From Octopus bimaculoides (lineage: Eukaryota), in the NCBI RefSeq assembly GCF_001194135.2, contig NC_068981.1, positions 17,535,288 through 17,586,891 on the forward strand: a DNA stretch of 51,604 nt, given 5' to 3'. The notes under the pieces were generated by a model. That model saw only the letters and a list, made by a program, of their open reading frames with translations, was not told where the DNA came from and ran no database searches. Numbering within the stretch: position 1 is the stretch's first letter; each line of letters starts with the position of its first letter. Positions 1 to 12,040 of this stretch are shown here, piece by piece. A program made the position numbers and the translations under genes.

Positions 1-4
1 CTAC

Positions 5-262
5 GGGCATAAGGTGTAGTGGTTAAGAGCGCGGGCTACTAACCCCAAGATTCCGAGTTCGATTCCAGGCAGTGACCTGAATAATAATAACAATAATAAT
101 AATAATAATAACAATAACAATAACATCGAAAAATGCTTTAGGAATGAGAACCCAGGTTCGAAATTTCCCCCAAGACACCTGAAGAAGGCTGGAGGTTATA
201 TCAGTCGAAACGTGTTAACAACAAACAAGATGAGGACAAATATTCGTCAAATGTAAGTAATG
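5..262 (+). mobile_element. tRNA-headed SINE-like element (family D) with internal (AAT)n tract and hammerhead-like 3' half
   Basis: A-box-like GGTGTAGTGG (13-22) and B-box GTTCGATTCC (57-66), followed by (AAT)n at 81-122, a unique body and an AATGT-type tail. It does not close as a complete tRNA cloverleaf. Confidence 0.7.
174..216 (+). ncRNA. hammerhead-ribozyme-like core, probably defective in this copy
   Basis: gacac-CTGAAGA-a-ggctgg/tcagtc helix II-GAAAC-gtgtt. gacac pairs with gtgtt, but no separate UH cleavage site fits. Confidence 0.3.
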
Positions 263-306
263 TGTGTGTGTGTGTGTATGTATGTGTGTGTGTGTGCGTG
301 TGTATG

Positions 307-462
307 AGGCGTAGGCGTGGCTGTGTAGTAAGAAGCTTGCTGGTTCTGGATTCAGTCCCACTGCGTGGCACCTTGCGCAAGTGTTTTCTATTATAGCCTC
401 GGGCCATCCAAAGCTTTATAAATGGATTTGGAAGACGAAAACTCGAAGAAGCTCGTTGTATA
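307..462 (+). mobile_element. SINE family A, 5' half (tRNA head + CORE-like segment)
   Basis: Matches full-length copies at 15707 and 26521 (gtggctgtg...gttcagtcccactgcgtggcaccttg.gcaagtgt). Confidence 0.85.
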
Positions 463-580
463 AGTATGTGTGTGTGTATGTGTATGTGTGTGTGTGTGTG
501 TGTGCAGTCAGCACTTTCTCTTTTATACCCACAGTCAATATATAGTAAAGATTATTTGCCAACATAATGTGGAGCAGTCT

Positions 581-659
581 CGGTTGGGACGAATATTACT
601 GTTATTCATCCCCAGGAAACATCGTCTCCAGCTGGCTATACGACACACTATCTGTGTCC
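581..659 (+). repeat. dispersed repeat, homologous to 16187-16290
   Basis: Shared ccccagga..catc..ctccagctggct...cgacacac....tgtgtcc in both copies. Confidence 0.7.
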
Positions 660-1120
660 TTATATTTTCACACAGGGGAATTCCTGTGCCCATCTCACCA
701 GTTGACATCTACACACCATGTCTATTTGTCTAATTACTATATACACGCCGTACCTCTCTTCCCATTCAGCATCCTCATATCGTGTCTATTAATCCAATCA
801 ACATCTACAACGTCTACATTATGTGACTACCCAGTCAAAATCTACACACCACGCTGTCCATATTTATCCAGTCAGCATCTTCTCACCAAGTCTATTTTCC
901 TGACCAACAGCTACTTGATGTCTCTAACAAGCCAATCAACATTTATAAACAATGTATCTAGTTGTCTACAATAATTATTGTCTATCTAGTCGGTATTTAG
1001 AAATGAATTAATTGGAAACATTCATTATAATAATCAATAAAAACAAAATAGTTTTAATTTTTCAGACACTATAAAGTTTATGTAACAGCAACTAAAACAA
1101 CAGCAATCTAAATATTAACA

Positions 1121-1305
1121 AGGCGTAGGAGTGGCTGTGTGGTTAGAAGCTTGCTTACGAACCACATGATTCCGGGTTCAGTCCCACTGCGTGGCACCTT
1201 GGGCAAGTGTCTTCTACTATAGCCTCGGGCCGACCAAAGCCTTGTGAGTGGATATGTTAGACGGAAATTGAAAGAAGCCCGTCGTATATATATATATATA
1301 TATAT
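1121..1305 (+). mobile_element. SINE family A, 5' half running into (TA)n and a gap
   Basis: Near-consensus family A head and CORE-like segment. Confidence 0.9.
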
Positions 1306-1674
1306 NNNNNNNNNNNNNNNNNNNNNNNNNNNNNNNNNNNNNNNNNNNNNNNNNNNNNNNNNNNNNNNNNNNNNNNNNNNNNNNNNNNNNNNNNNNNNNN
1401 NNNNNNNNNNNNNNNNNNNNNNNNNNNNNNNNNNNNNNNNNNNNNNNNNNNNNNNNNNNNNNNNNNNNNNNNNNNNNNNNNNNNNNNNNNNNNNNNNNNN
1501 NNNNNNNNNNNNNNNNNNNNNNNNNNNNNNNNNNNNNNNNNNNNNNNNNNNNNNNNNNGGCCGCATTCAAATGACCGAAACAAGCAAAAGAGAACAACAG
1601 CATCAATAATAACAAAATATAGTAATCAACTCGAATTTTTGTGTTGCAGGACTTGAAGAATTGGTTTCAAATTT

Positions 1675-1845
1675 TGGCACGAGGCCAGCAATTCCGGAGG
1701 AGATTAGTCGATTGCATTTACCTCAGTGTTCAACTGGTATTTATTTTATCGACCTCGAAAGGATGAAAGGCAAAGTCGACGATGGCGGAATTTGAACTCA
1801 AAACATGAAGACGGAAGAATGTTGCTAAGCTAACGATTCTGCCAA
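1675..1845 (-). mobile_element. SINE family B (tRNA head + Meta-domain-like segment)
   Basis: ctggtatttattttatcgacc..gaaaggatgaaaggcaaagtcgac..gaatttgaactc. The reverse strand gives a B-box GAGTTCAAATTC. Confidence 0.85.
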
Positions 1846-2308
1846 TTTATTTCCCTACAGGACTTGAAATATTAGTACGAATACGATTACGTCCATTATA
1901 AAACAAAGAATTAGCTTTGCATATCAATTTGAACATGATTGATGTACTTGTTACAAGTACATTTGCTGAATAATGTACTAAAAGTAAAAGATGGATTGAT
2001 TGCATCAATAAAAATTTTATTAATCGTGGTTTGCAATTTTCTTTTGGATCAAAATGACTGAATCAACTAATCTTTAGTAGATTTAATACAGACTACAATC
2101 TGTTAGTGCAGATTTAAGCAGGTTAATTCTACAGACTTTGTCTTACATTTCCTTTACGGCAAAAACATTGGCACCACACACTTCTTTAGTTAGATATTTA
2201 GTGAAAACAATTTTTTGTGCGAATCTCTTCCCGTATAATCGTAGGCGCCATATTACCAACATACTTCTCTTACAGTACTTATGTTAAACTAAGCTTTATT
2301 TCTCGTAC

Positions 2309-2356
<48 letters not shown>

Positions 2357-2779
2357 TTCTTTTCCGTGTGTGTTCACTTTATTGCTACTCATATTTCTCT
2401 CACGCGCCCCTTCTTTTTCTCTCTTTCTCTCTTCTAAGCTCTACTTTTATCAGTACAATACCATTCTGAAGCACTGCCAATTTCGAGGCAATCTTCATGA
2501 TTAGTTTAGCACCAATATTTTTTTTAAGCTGTATTATTTCGGAATTGTAATTTAAATTACCATTCAATTCTTCAAGTTGATAATCTGTTCAGAATAAAAA
2601 CTAAATCCGTAAAATTTCGTAAAAATGGCTTCTCCGTGCAATAGAACGAATGAAGACATTACAAAAGCCTCAGGAAACAAGATACAGAATACATTACACC
2701 AAACCATAAACTAACACTAATGATGTACAACAAAAAAGTGATAAAATTAAAAACCTGATTAATAATGCTTTTAAATTTT

Positions 2780-2885
2780 GGAACAAGGCCAGCAATATTA
2801 AGGGTAGAGGTAGTCGGGTACATCGATCCCAGTTCTCAACTGGTACTTATTTTATCGAGCCCATAAGGATGAAAAGCAAATCTTC
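2780..2885 (-). mobile_element. SINE family B fragment
   Basis: caaggccagcaa...ctggtacttattttatcga..ggatgaaaagcaaa. Confidence 0.75.
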
Positions 2886-3169
2886 ACTTAATATGATTAG
2901 AACAAGCGATTTAATATGTAGTTTCTCTGAGGATCTTGATGGCAAATTAAACAATCTAGACCAGCGTCTTCCAGCCTGGTATCATATGGCCCCAAAAGAG
3001 CCATGGTAAAATTCCTTGGGACCACAGAAAATTTAGGAATTAATGGAAGCCACAAGCTTAATAAACGAAGCCACACAACTATCACTCTGTTTCTTCCTAA
3101 ATTTTCAAGTACTATCCATAATTCCTTTAAAATTTACACACACAATATATATATATATANNNNNNNNNN

Positions 3170-3396
3170 ATATGTACATGTATGTACATACCATCATCCA
3201 CATGTATATATAGATGCATATCTGGGTACATTACGTTGCAAAAAAACATGGACAAAATTATAAACAAGGTACGAAAAACACACACGCCACATATAGAACA
3301 TAACCTTCATCAGCTGCCACCATTATAACACTGGCGTTTCGAAGAGTTAGGGCAGGATGCATCGTTAAAATGGCTCTTCCCACGGACACAAATTAA

Positions 3397-3400
<4 letters not shown>
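3170..3400. repeat. short cassette embedded between (TA)n tracts (possible Penelope-like derivative)
   Basis: Flanked by TA-rich microsatellite on both sides. Minus strand carries isolated GAAACG and CTGATGA words that do not assemble into a ribozyme. The family call is inference. Confidence 0.4.
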
Positions 3401-3452
<52 letters not shown>

Positions 3453-3599
3453 TATACATTTTCTGTGTCTTAAATTCCTTCATGACAAGAAAAAAAAAGA
3501 TTCATTTGACAGTTCAATAATAATCTATCATTGATGAATGAAGTATCAAGCTGGCATTGAAAAGTCTTGTACGAATTAGATATTATGTTATAGTTTTAA

Positions 3600-4946
3600 A
3601 GTTCATACATCTGGTAACAATCTCTAAGGATAATTGCCTGTGTCGCTTCGTTTAACTTTGTGACAACATTTTAATGTTTCTGAATCCTAGCTGCAAAATG
3701 TGATATATTTTACCTTTCAGATAAATTTGAGAAGCCGAACAATTACGAGATAAAAATGCAAATCTTTTATTTTGAAGAGAGGCTAGTAATGCTTTTCTTG
3801 GAATACTTAACCTATTCGAGGTAAATACTGGCCATAAAGAGTTGCCAACCTTTGATATTATTAAGGAGGAATTGCAAGAGGATGATATTTCAATGTACCT
3901 GGGAAACTTGAAGAAACTGCACAATGATTTGAAAATTAGATCGAAAGATCTCCTAGAAGTGAGCATTCCAAGTTGGATGATAAACCCATTCGGGACAACT
4001 GCAGCTGATGTTAGTATCAGACTGCAAGAAAACCCTATTGAGTTGTTGAGTAACCAAACTGCTCAGTCTAAATTTATTCATGAACTCAACAACTTACAGA
4101 CAAGAAGTGAAATTGCTATGGAAGTCCTATTGCTTTGGCAGGAAGTATAGTTATATTTCCTTACAAGTTAGGTTTTAACCGAATATCATTCCTACTATCA
4201 AAAGCTCGCAATCGCTTACAAATTGTTAAGTAGAGGTTATTTTCGTTTGTCACTAACAAACATGACCCTGGTATTAAAAAACTTGCGAACCTGTATCAGA
4301 CACAATGATCTCACTGAATAAATACAGTGAAGGTAATATGATTTTTTCTTTTATATTTTCCTACGAGATTTTATTTTTGTGCTTAAAAGCTATTCATGTT
4401 TTAGAGGTTATTATTTTTCTGGGTTTTAATAGAAGTTTTTGTTATGCGTGTTATATCAGAAAATAAAGTACGGTTATAATTTATAGTTTTATTTAACTCA
4501 CAAAATATTTTCGTTTTCGTGCAATAGAATAATAGAGAATAAATGTGCAATTAATAGATACTGATATTTTTATGAAATTTATTACCTTAATGGTAGAAAA
4601 CAGGTCGCCTTTGATAGTAATTTTTTTTTAATGTTTACTACTACAAATTTTTACTCAAAAAAATTTTATTACGAATTTTTAATTTTTAAATTTTCATAGA
4701 AATAAATTTCATAATAAAACTAATTAAAAGCAATATTTGAAAATTCGTTATTATTTGATAAATTTTACAAATTTTATTTTTGTTAAAAGTTTTCAATTAT
4801 TTCAAGTGACCTGCTTTTATTGTTAACCATTTATTACGAAATTGAAGTGATTTTTTCTTACAAATAATATGAGGAGAGGGGGAGCTGACAGAAAAATTGA
4901 AGATTCCAAGGGAGCGTAAGCTAAAAGAAAAGAATGAGGACCACTG
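3600..4946 (+). mobile_element. decayed hAT (Buster/Charlie-type) transposon: transposase C-terminal part plus 3' TIR
   Basis: Broken frames give SKDNCLCRF (cf. WLSKGNCL), IPSWMINPF, and RNRLQIV..RGYFRLSLTN..IKKLA...Q..SH* (cf. RGDLRLSLT..EP.I..L...HQ...SH*). Ends in ...gaggaccactg, the reverse of a CAGTGGT-type TIR. Many stops and frameshifts. Confidence 0.8.
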
Positions 4947-5427
4947 CCTTTAGACGACGATGGTAAGTATCCTATGATCAAGTCACAGGCTATTGATCTT
5001 ATACAGGACGATCAATCAGTTTGTTTTGGATGAACCAAGGCAGCGAGGTAAATTTCTACAACATTTGAAGGATTTGATGATCAATGATGTTATTGGAAGC
5101 CGACCAACAAATTGTGGAGATCTTTTGACCCGATTTTCACACTGATGCTTTCATTCCTGTTTTACATCGGATTTTCCCAGAGCTCTGACGCCCTTTTTCG
5201 CTGGAAATAGTAATATCGTAAAAGAATTTTACCCATCTTTTCCCAAAAGTAACCAGCTTCTCAACACTCATAGTTATTCATTGGCTTTAGGACCAATAAT
5301 GCTGCTAAGACGCCTGTCTTGAAGGCCATCGTTTTTCCTTTCGTGGGGAAACACATGGCATAGCAAGCTAAAAATAACTAAAGCTGTATATATATTTGTG
5401 TGTGTGTGTGTGTGTGTGTGTCACCAC

Positions 5428-5615
5428 CACTTGGCAACCGGTGTTAGTGTGTTTACATCCCCCGTTACTTAGCGGTTCGGCAAAGCACACCGATAGAATA
5501 AGTACCTGGGTCAAAAGAAGAGTACTGGGTTCAATTCGTTCATTTAAAATACTTCGAGGTAGTGCTCTAGTATGGCCGCAGTCTAATGACAGAAACAAGT
5601 GAAAGAAAAAAGATA
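5428..5615 (+). mobile_element. SINE family A, 3' half
   Basis: cttagcggttcggcaaa..ccgatagaataagtac..atggccgcagtc..tgac.gaaacaagt. Confidence 0.85.
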
Positions 5616-5694
5616 AAGATAAAAGTTGGACATTAACGTCTTCTCAGTTCTTATGAGAGAGTATATTTTTTCACATATGTGTGTGTACAGAGTA

Positions 5695-5734
<40 letters not shown>

Positions 5735-5764
5735 GCAGGCAGGCAGACAGACAGACAGACAGAC

Positions 5765-5847
<83 letters not shown>

Positions 5848-5848
5848 A
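5695..5848. repeat. (GATA)/(GACA)/(GGCA) compound microsatellite
   Basis: Visible directly. Confidence 0.95.
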
Positions 5849-6211
5849 GGTGGCATGTAACAGAATCGAACCCTGCTTAGCTACACAACCATGCCTGTGT
5901 TCTTATTTACTGATATGAAGCAATAAAAATGAAAAAAGAAAAGAAAAAATAACCCACTCACCGCTCCTCATCCAAAATTTATTTCGCTGTTGGTAGTAAT
6001 TGAACCTGCCAAGCTGCTTATAACATGGCTGTTTGTTTCTCTACTTTTATTTATATCGAGAGATAAACTATTGGGATAAAGTTGTTTAAAGTGAACAAAC
6101 AAGCAAACTCCATGTCTACCAGCCAAATCATCATTTATATTGTTTGGCCAATAATATATTGCCATTGCTGCTCTCTGTCGACCACCAAACTTAATCTCGG
6201 TCCAACAAATC

Positions 6212-6520
6212 ACACTGGACGCGACGACGTAGGTAACGGTGGTGGTCGTCGTCGTCATCGTCGTCGTCATCGTGGTGGTGGTGGTGGTGGTNNNNNNNNN
6301 NNNNNNNNNNNNNNNNNNNNNNNNNNNNNNNNNNNNNNNNNNNNNNNNNNNNNNNNNNNNNNNNNNNNNNNNNNNNNNNNNNNNNNNNNNNNGTGTTAGT
6401 CCTGGTGGTGGTCGTGGTGGTGGTCGGGGTGCTCGTCGTCGTCATGGCAGAGACGGTAGTGACGGTAGTGACGGTTGGCAGAGACGGTAGCGACGGCGCC
6501 GTAGTGGTGGCGGAAGTGTT
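6212..6520. repeat. GC-rich GTC/GTG/GGT trinucleotide low-complexity tract spanning a gap
   Basis: Visible directly; explains the overlapping poly-V/H/D/G/T ORFs. Confidence 0.85.
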
Positions 6521-6689
6521 TCTGCTGGGCCTGATGGCGGTTGTGATGTTGTTTAGCCCCAGTTCAGCGCTAATTGAATAGCTCTATTGTCGAAAATATC
6601 CCATCCATGACCATCCGGTTTTTTTTAAGGGTATTAAGTACTACATCCTCCACTGTACCCTTCCGTTATTTTTGATAATGGAATATTGG

Positions 6690-6745
6690 AGTGTTGATTT
6701 GAGGAAGATCTGATTGCTATTTCTAGCAGGTCGGTATGACCGCCT
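6690..6745 (-). repeat. old dispersed repeat, gctagaaatagcag-type module
   Basis: Similar words recur near 19730, 24910, 48385 and 50720. Confidence 0.5.
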
Positions 6746-7099
6746 AGAGTTTTATTTGTTGATAGTGTCTGTTGTGGTCGTAGTGGTAGCGCTGGTGGTG
6801 GTGGTTTCGATGGAAAAATTTCATACTAATGGTTGTTATGGTGTATCGGATGAACTCCAGATTCCCATCACCACCACCACCAACACCGCCTCCATCACCA
6901 CCTCCATCACTCCATATCTACGATTTGTTGATAATTATATTTTTATTTCTAAACTCTGCACTGTTTCCTAACTCCCACGACCTGTCTGACATTATCTCCA
7001 TTCTTTAGCAGAACAGGCGAGCTCAAGGAAAAGAAGAAGAAAATTTCGAGGAGAAAAACAAGACAAAACAATGCCAAAGAAAAATTTGGTAAAATCTAA

Positions 7100-7241
7100 G
7101 CGAACTTGAAGTAAAATTGGACGAATTCCATTTGAACATTTAGATTGCAACACGTTCTTGTCTTATCAGTTGTATCTATGGAAACATCGCTGAGTTTTCC
7201 CAACATCTCTTCGGCAATACCAGCAGCTTGGAAGTAGGAAG
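7100..7241 (-). mobile_element. possible decayed RTE-type reverse-transcriptase fragment
   Basis: AAGIAEEMLGKLSDVSIDTT..TCCN resembles KAAGPDGIP.EMLKAL....ID.L..LCN. Recognised from motif memory only. Confidence 0.3.
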
Positions 7242-7489
7242 CTGGTGGAAACGGAGAAATAAGGAAGAGGAAAAGAGTAGCCAAACAAATAACAACAACA
7301 GCAGCAGTTATAACAACATAAACAAAGAAGAAGAAGAAGAAAAAGCCAAAAAAATAAATAATGAAGATGAGCAAAGGAAAATGGCGGAAGTTAAGGAAAA
7401 AGACGAAGAGGAAAATAATACAAACAAATGAAGTGAAATTTTATGGTTGTTTTGTCCTAAAACTCTCGAAAAATCTATATGAACAACAA

Positions 7490-7612
7490 CAGAAGAAGAA
7501 GAAGAAGAAGAAGAAGAAGAAGAAGAAGAAGAAGAAGAAGAAGAAGAAGAAGAAGAAGAAGAAGAAGAAGAAGAAGAAGAAGAAGAGCAACAACAACAAC
7601 AACAACAACTGC
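7490..7612. repeat. long (AAG)n followed by (AAC)n
   Basis: Visible directly. Confidence 0.95.
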
Positions 7613-8214
7613 TGCTGCTACTACTACCACTACTACTATTGCAACGGTGACCATGACCATAACAACGACGATATCAACAATGTTAGCGACGCCATAGTAA
7701 ACAATGTGAAAGCATCTTTGAAATTCTATAATTATTTACATCAGCAAGTATAGATTGTTATTAAAGAAGACTTTCGGTAAATGTTCAGTGAAACGAAGCC
7801 GTCAAAACAAGTGAAGGGTCGATGGAAGCTTAACTTAGCATTTCCGATAGTCTGCCCGTGTTTTGTCTAACTTTCTTGCTTTAATATGGCGTTCAAACAT
7901 TGGCGTTATTATTGTTGTTAATGTATCATATTGTTGATTAATTCATGGCAAACAGATTTTACAATTGGAAGCAAAACAGAACTATTTTTATGAAGTGAAA
8001 CTGTTTTGAAGAAAGATATATCTTATATCTTCATTGCCAACTAATTCACTTATGTCTGGGTGTATTTATATACCGGACACTAGATTGAAAATAGATTCAC
8101 TGCTAACCGAGTCGATAGAATGTCGCCGAACATATCTAATGCTCAATGTGTCCGTTAACTGTAGTTTGTTACCGTGTGGGTAATGAAAGTGTTATGTAAC
8201 CGGTGAGTGTTTTG

Positions 8215-8400
8215 ATAGCTTGCAATGCCGAGTTCAAATTCTCTCCTGGGCATTGAGAAAACACCAAAAAACTATCTTGGTGTATTCTCCCCAGGAAGAG
8301 GGAAATTTCTGTGATGATCAGGCCAACCAAAAAGAGCAACGTAGTGTTCCAAAGACACACGCCCCCACCCACAAAGAGTCAGAGGTTTCAATGTTGAGCG
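8215..8400 (+). mobile_element. possible decayed RTE-type AP-endonuclease fragment
   Basis: KTILVYSPQEEGNFCDDQ...SVPKTH resembles TIISVYSPTE..FYDDL...SIPKHN. Confidence 0.3.
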
Positions 8401-8584
8401 CTCCAAATGTTCGATCAACGGAATGGCCTACTCACAGTAGCTAGGACATGTGCTGCCTGGATAATCCTTCAGTTTGCCGCTTGTGCAGGCTTATACAGCA
8501 GACCGAAAAGTACAACCACCATCAAAGCATCGCCCGAAGTGAACCGCATCCCACCAGCCACGCAACTGCCTACTAATTGAATTA

Positions 8585-8700
8585 GCGAGTACGTGGCTGA
8601 GTATTTCACAGACACATGCACCTATATCATTCACGTAATTCTCAAGGAGATTCAGCGTGACAGTGTGGACAAGGCTGGATTTTTAAATGACAGATCCAGT
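8585..8700 (-). mobile_element. SINE family C fragment
   Basis: gtggctgagtatttcacagacac...ggagattcagcgtgacagtg matches 42183-42260. Confidence 0.75.
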
Positions 8701-8844
8701 CTATTCAACGGGTTCCAAACATTTTCTGTCTACCCAATATCATTCGCAAGACTTGGTGTGACCCGAGGCTATAGAAAATGGAGCCGCATTTAATTAAATG
8801 AACTTCTTAACTATTCAGTCATGTCTGTATAACTAAATCCTTTC

Positions 8845-9270
8845 TACTTAAAGGCACAAGGCCTGAAATTTGGGGGGAAGGGCAGTCAATTAGATCAACC
8901 CCCAGCACGCAATTGGTACTCAATTTATTGATCCCCGAAAGGATGGTAAGCAAAGTCAACCTCGGTGGAATTTGAACTCAGTACGTAGCGACGGGCGAAG
9001 AACCCTTAAGCATTTCGTCCAGCTTGCTAACGATTCTTATTTCTTTATTGCCCACAAGGGGCTAAACATAGAGGGGACAAAGAAGGACAGACAAAGAGAT
9101 TAAGTCGATTACATCGACACCAGTCCGTAACTGGTACTTTATTTATCGACCCCGAAATGATTAAAGGCAAAGTCGACCTCGGTGGAATTTGAACTCAGAA
9201 CATAACGGCAGACGAAATACCGCTAAACATTTCGCCCGACGTGCTAACGTTTCTGCCAGCTCGCCGCCTT
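8845..9270 (-). mobile_element. two SINE family B copies joined tail-to-head, with different tail subtypes
   Basis: Junction gctaacga|ttcttatttctttattgccc near 9033. The right-hand copy is full length, ending ctgccagctcgccgcctt. Confidence 0.9.
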
Positions 9271-9689
9271 GGTAACAACTAAATAATAACTGGATGTATT
9301 GAATGAAGTGACGAAAGGCAGTCAATAACTTATTGCCGATTTTATTCAATTGTTATGCAAACACAAATGCAGCGAGTTGGGAAAATGCAAAATATCGTAT
9401 TGTGAATAACATTCTGTTAGCATCGTAAATTTCTCTTGTCCTTAGAGTAGTCTGCCAACAATTATGCGGAAAGAAGTTGGTAAAGAGTTCAAGGCTCGTG
9501 TGGGAAAAGCTTGTTAGTGACTATGTGGAAACAAGTCCTAATGAAATACTCTGTGAAGCAGACAGAAGGAAATTTTCTTATTTTTTTCTGAAGGATCGCC
9601 AATATATACCTGGCATGAAATTTAATTAGGTTATATGCAGTTGGAGGAGAATTAAGTTTATCTAGGTTCATCTCTGATTCACCTAAGAA

Positions 9690-10050
9690 AATGGCGAATT
9701 TCTGACAGGTTAAACAAACATACAATTTGAGAACGAAGGAAGCAAAAGCGAAAATTCAGGTCACGAATGTGTTATCGCCTCTGTCGGTGTCCATCAAAGA
9801 ACGTTACTACAACATAAAACATGCCTGTTCTCAAGTAAGGTACCAAGTCCAAGAAATCAAATCTCCACCACAGAACCTTATTATATATTTACATCATGAC
9901 ATCACTTTGTTCACTCGATGTTACTCACAATTCTTGGGACGACCCGAGATTGTAATAAATGACACTTGCTCAATATGCCATGCAGAGGGACCCACTCCGG
10001 AATCTCGAGATTAAACGAAATCTGTAAGTATTTGGCTTCACCTGCGTCTA
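9690..10050 (+). mobile_element. possible decayed L1/Tx1-type reverse-transcriptase fragment
   Basis: AKIQVTNVLS (cf. AKI.VNG.LS), YLHHDITLF (cf. YADDITLF) and CKYLAS (cf. VKYLG) occur in the expected order. Confidence 0.4.
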
Positions 10051-10399
10051 TCAAAGAAGAAAATTATAACATTAAAACGTATTTCGTTGAAGCTTCAAGT
10101 CTGCTCTCAACGTACAAAGTTCTAGTGATAAGTAGTTTTATCAGTTAAAAAAATCTCAACCATAGAGTCCTAATTGTATGTCTTCTTCACAATATCACTT
10201 TGTTCTAAAAGGAAATCTAATCTTTTTACATGGCCCTTGAATTATTGTCTTCGTGATGGAAACACAGATTAGTTCCAATTATTTCTTAAAGAAATCCTTG
10301 TAGAACTCTCTCCCTGCACAGGTTCTCCTCATTCTGACCGTTAGCCTGTTACAATTTGAATTAAATATAAACTACACACTTCTCCAACACTAAAGTATA

Positions 10400-11550
10400 G
10401 CTTCAACCTTGGAAGAGTAAAGAAACTTTGATGAAATGGTTTAACTCATGTTTAATTTCAAGCCACATTTTCAGGAAAACATTGGCAGAAGAATTTCAAA
10501 GTTTTACAGTTCCAGGGAAAAAAACAGGGTGGGGTGTTTAGTGCAGAGACTGGGAGGTGGGACGTGAGAGATTAAGAGTGGTGGAAGGTGTGACGAGAAG
10601 ACCTAGGCGGAAGTGGTATGCCGATAGTTAGTTCAGCTGTGTGAACGCCATTGAAATAATGATCGAAGCAGCAAAGACAGTAAACAGTGTGTCTGTGAGC
10701 CAGTAATTAGAGTCTGGTGGTAATGAAGCATTTACCGATCACCGTTGTTCAAATGAAGAACAAATTGAAGGAAATTTAATTACTCGATAAATTTCGTAAA
10801 ACTTGGTTAAGTTCGTGTGCTGTGAAGGAATTTATCTAAATTCAAGAACTTCTTGAAATAATTTTTGTCGACACAGACCATCACTAAATTCTTCAGAGTC
10901 TGAGTTTTTCATTAGTTAATCTATGTTGGGTAATTCAATGAAAGAATCTATCAGAAACTCAATATGTACTGAATTTAGCTGTGCATACGGAAGATAATAA
11001 ATTGAAGTTCTACTGGTCTGTAGCATAGAACAAGAGGTGAATTCCTGGTCCCAGTAAACCGAAACAGTGTCTCAATTTCAGTCCCAGGCCGAAGATATTT
11101 CACTTAACCATATATTACAAATGTAGACAGAAGGAGCATGAACGATGCATAATCCCGTTTCTCTTACCTGAAATATCATTCTCCTATTTTATTTAAGCCC
11201 TTTTCTCCCCATAGCGCATAGACCATCGCCACTGTTTTCTACTCTGGTCTGTGAGCGCCGCTCTCTCTATATGGGGAAAAGAGGAATCCACATATGTGTG
11301 TCCAGAGTAGAGTATCCCTAAAGGAAAGCCGTCCTTTCCCAAATTTTGTTGATTTTGAATTGTCATCGATGCTTCTGTGCCTTTTTTTCGAGGTAGGGAT
11401 GTTTGTTGTACACAAGCCATTCTTACTTCTGGGAAGAGATTGTTCATATTAGTCCAGCCTCCATCCATAGACCTGTTCAGCATGTGAAGCCCTACTAGGG
11501 ACATGCACTCTGCTTGCAGAGATCTCTCAGGCTCATTGACGCACATATGC
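10400..11550 (-). mobile_element. decayed CR1/Jockey-group LINE, RT domain to ORF2 C-terminus
   Basis: MACVQ...KKG; WSMRYGE....DIS (cf. WS.SL..FGE..VVALDISKAFD); LLAHRHTVYCLCCFDHYFNG..TAEL...PLPPRSSRHT; FFP.TVKL*NS..ANVFPE (cf. FFPRT.KLWNSLP..VFP). Explains ORF 11193-11546. Confidence 0.7.
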
Positions 11551-11902
11551 CCTCACATCGCAACAAGGACTGCACCTTGTGCTGGTACTTGAAATATTAG
11601 GTTAAAGATTATCGACTCATCTCTCAGTAAAAGGGAATATTTCAGGTTGGTTCCAAATATATACTGTGTTAATATCTGCTATTGTTGTAAACCATGTCAT
11701 CTAAGGATCACAACAGCATCGAAGCCCATGAGGTTCATGGATTCATGAATCTCTTGGAAAAAGGCCTATGGGAACAAATAGTTTAACATGGGTGACATGG
11801 AGTGGGGGACCACTTACCCAGGTTCATGAACACTTTAAAAAAACTTAATGGATGGGTCTATCTGTGACAGAATATTATAGTCTATTTATTAGTTTCAAAT
11901 TT

Positions 11903-12040
11903 TGGCACAAGACCAGCAAGTTCGAGGAAGGAGATAAGTCGATTACATCGACTCCAGTACTCAGCAGGTACTTATTTTATCGATCTCGAAAGGATGAAAG
12001 GCAAAGTCGGCTTCAGCAGAATTTGAACTCAGAACGTAAA
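11903..12040 (-). mobile_element. SINE family B, 5'-truncated
   Basis: ggcacaagaccagc..gtacttattttatcga..ggatgaaaggcaaagtcg..gaatttgaactcagaacg. Confidence 0.85.

Noticed and set aside
5-77. Genuine tRNA gene (also the heads at 22063, 24047 and 42483)
   Set aside because: Acceptor and anticodon stems do not pair fully, and each continues into a SINE body.
3300-3385. Hammerhead on the minus strand (GAAACG...CTGATGA)
   Set aside because: Neither type I nor type II topology closes: the upstream core reads tccgtgg, helix I does not pair and H17 is invalid or unsupported.
7010-7060. QNRRAQ/NRRA.KEKK peptide after an acceptor-like ctttag, resembling a homeodomain helix 3 end
   Set aside because: It needs a frameshift to give NRRAKEKK, no upstream homeodomain exon is visible, and the context is purine-rich low complexity.
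7228-7753. Poly-K/R/E/L ORFs
   Set aside because: They are translations of (AAG)n and (AAC)n microsatellites.
9929-10047. Apparent 119-bp minus-strand exon (ttttcttctttgatag|...|gtgagt) with one open frame
   Set aside because: The opposite strand carries ordered RT-like motifs, so it is probably antisense to a decayed LINE. It does not splice in frame with neighbouring candidates and the peptide is unrecognised.
11161-11546. 117-aa ORF and a CAG|GTAAGA donor on the minus strand as a host gene
   Set aside because: The ORF matches degenerate CR1-type RT motifs continuous with 10400-11160.
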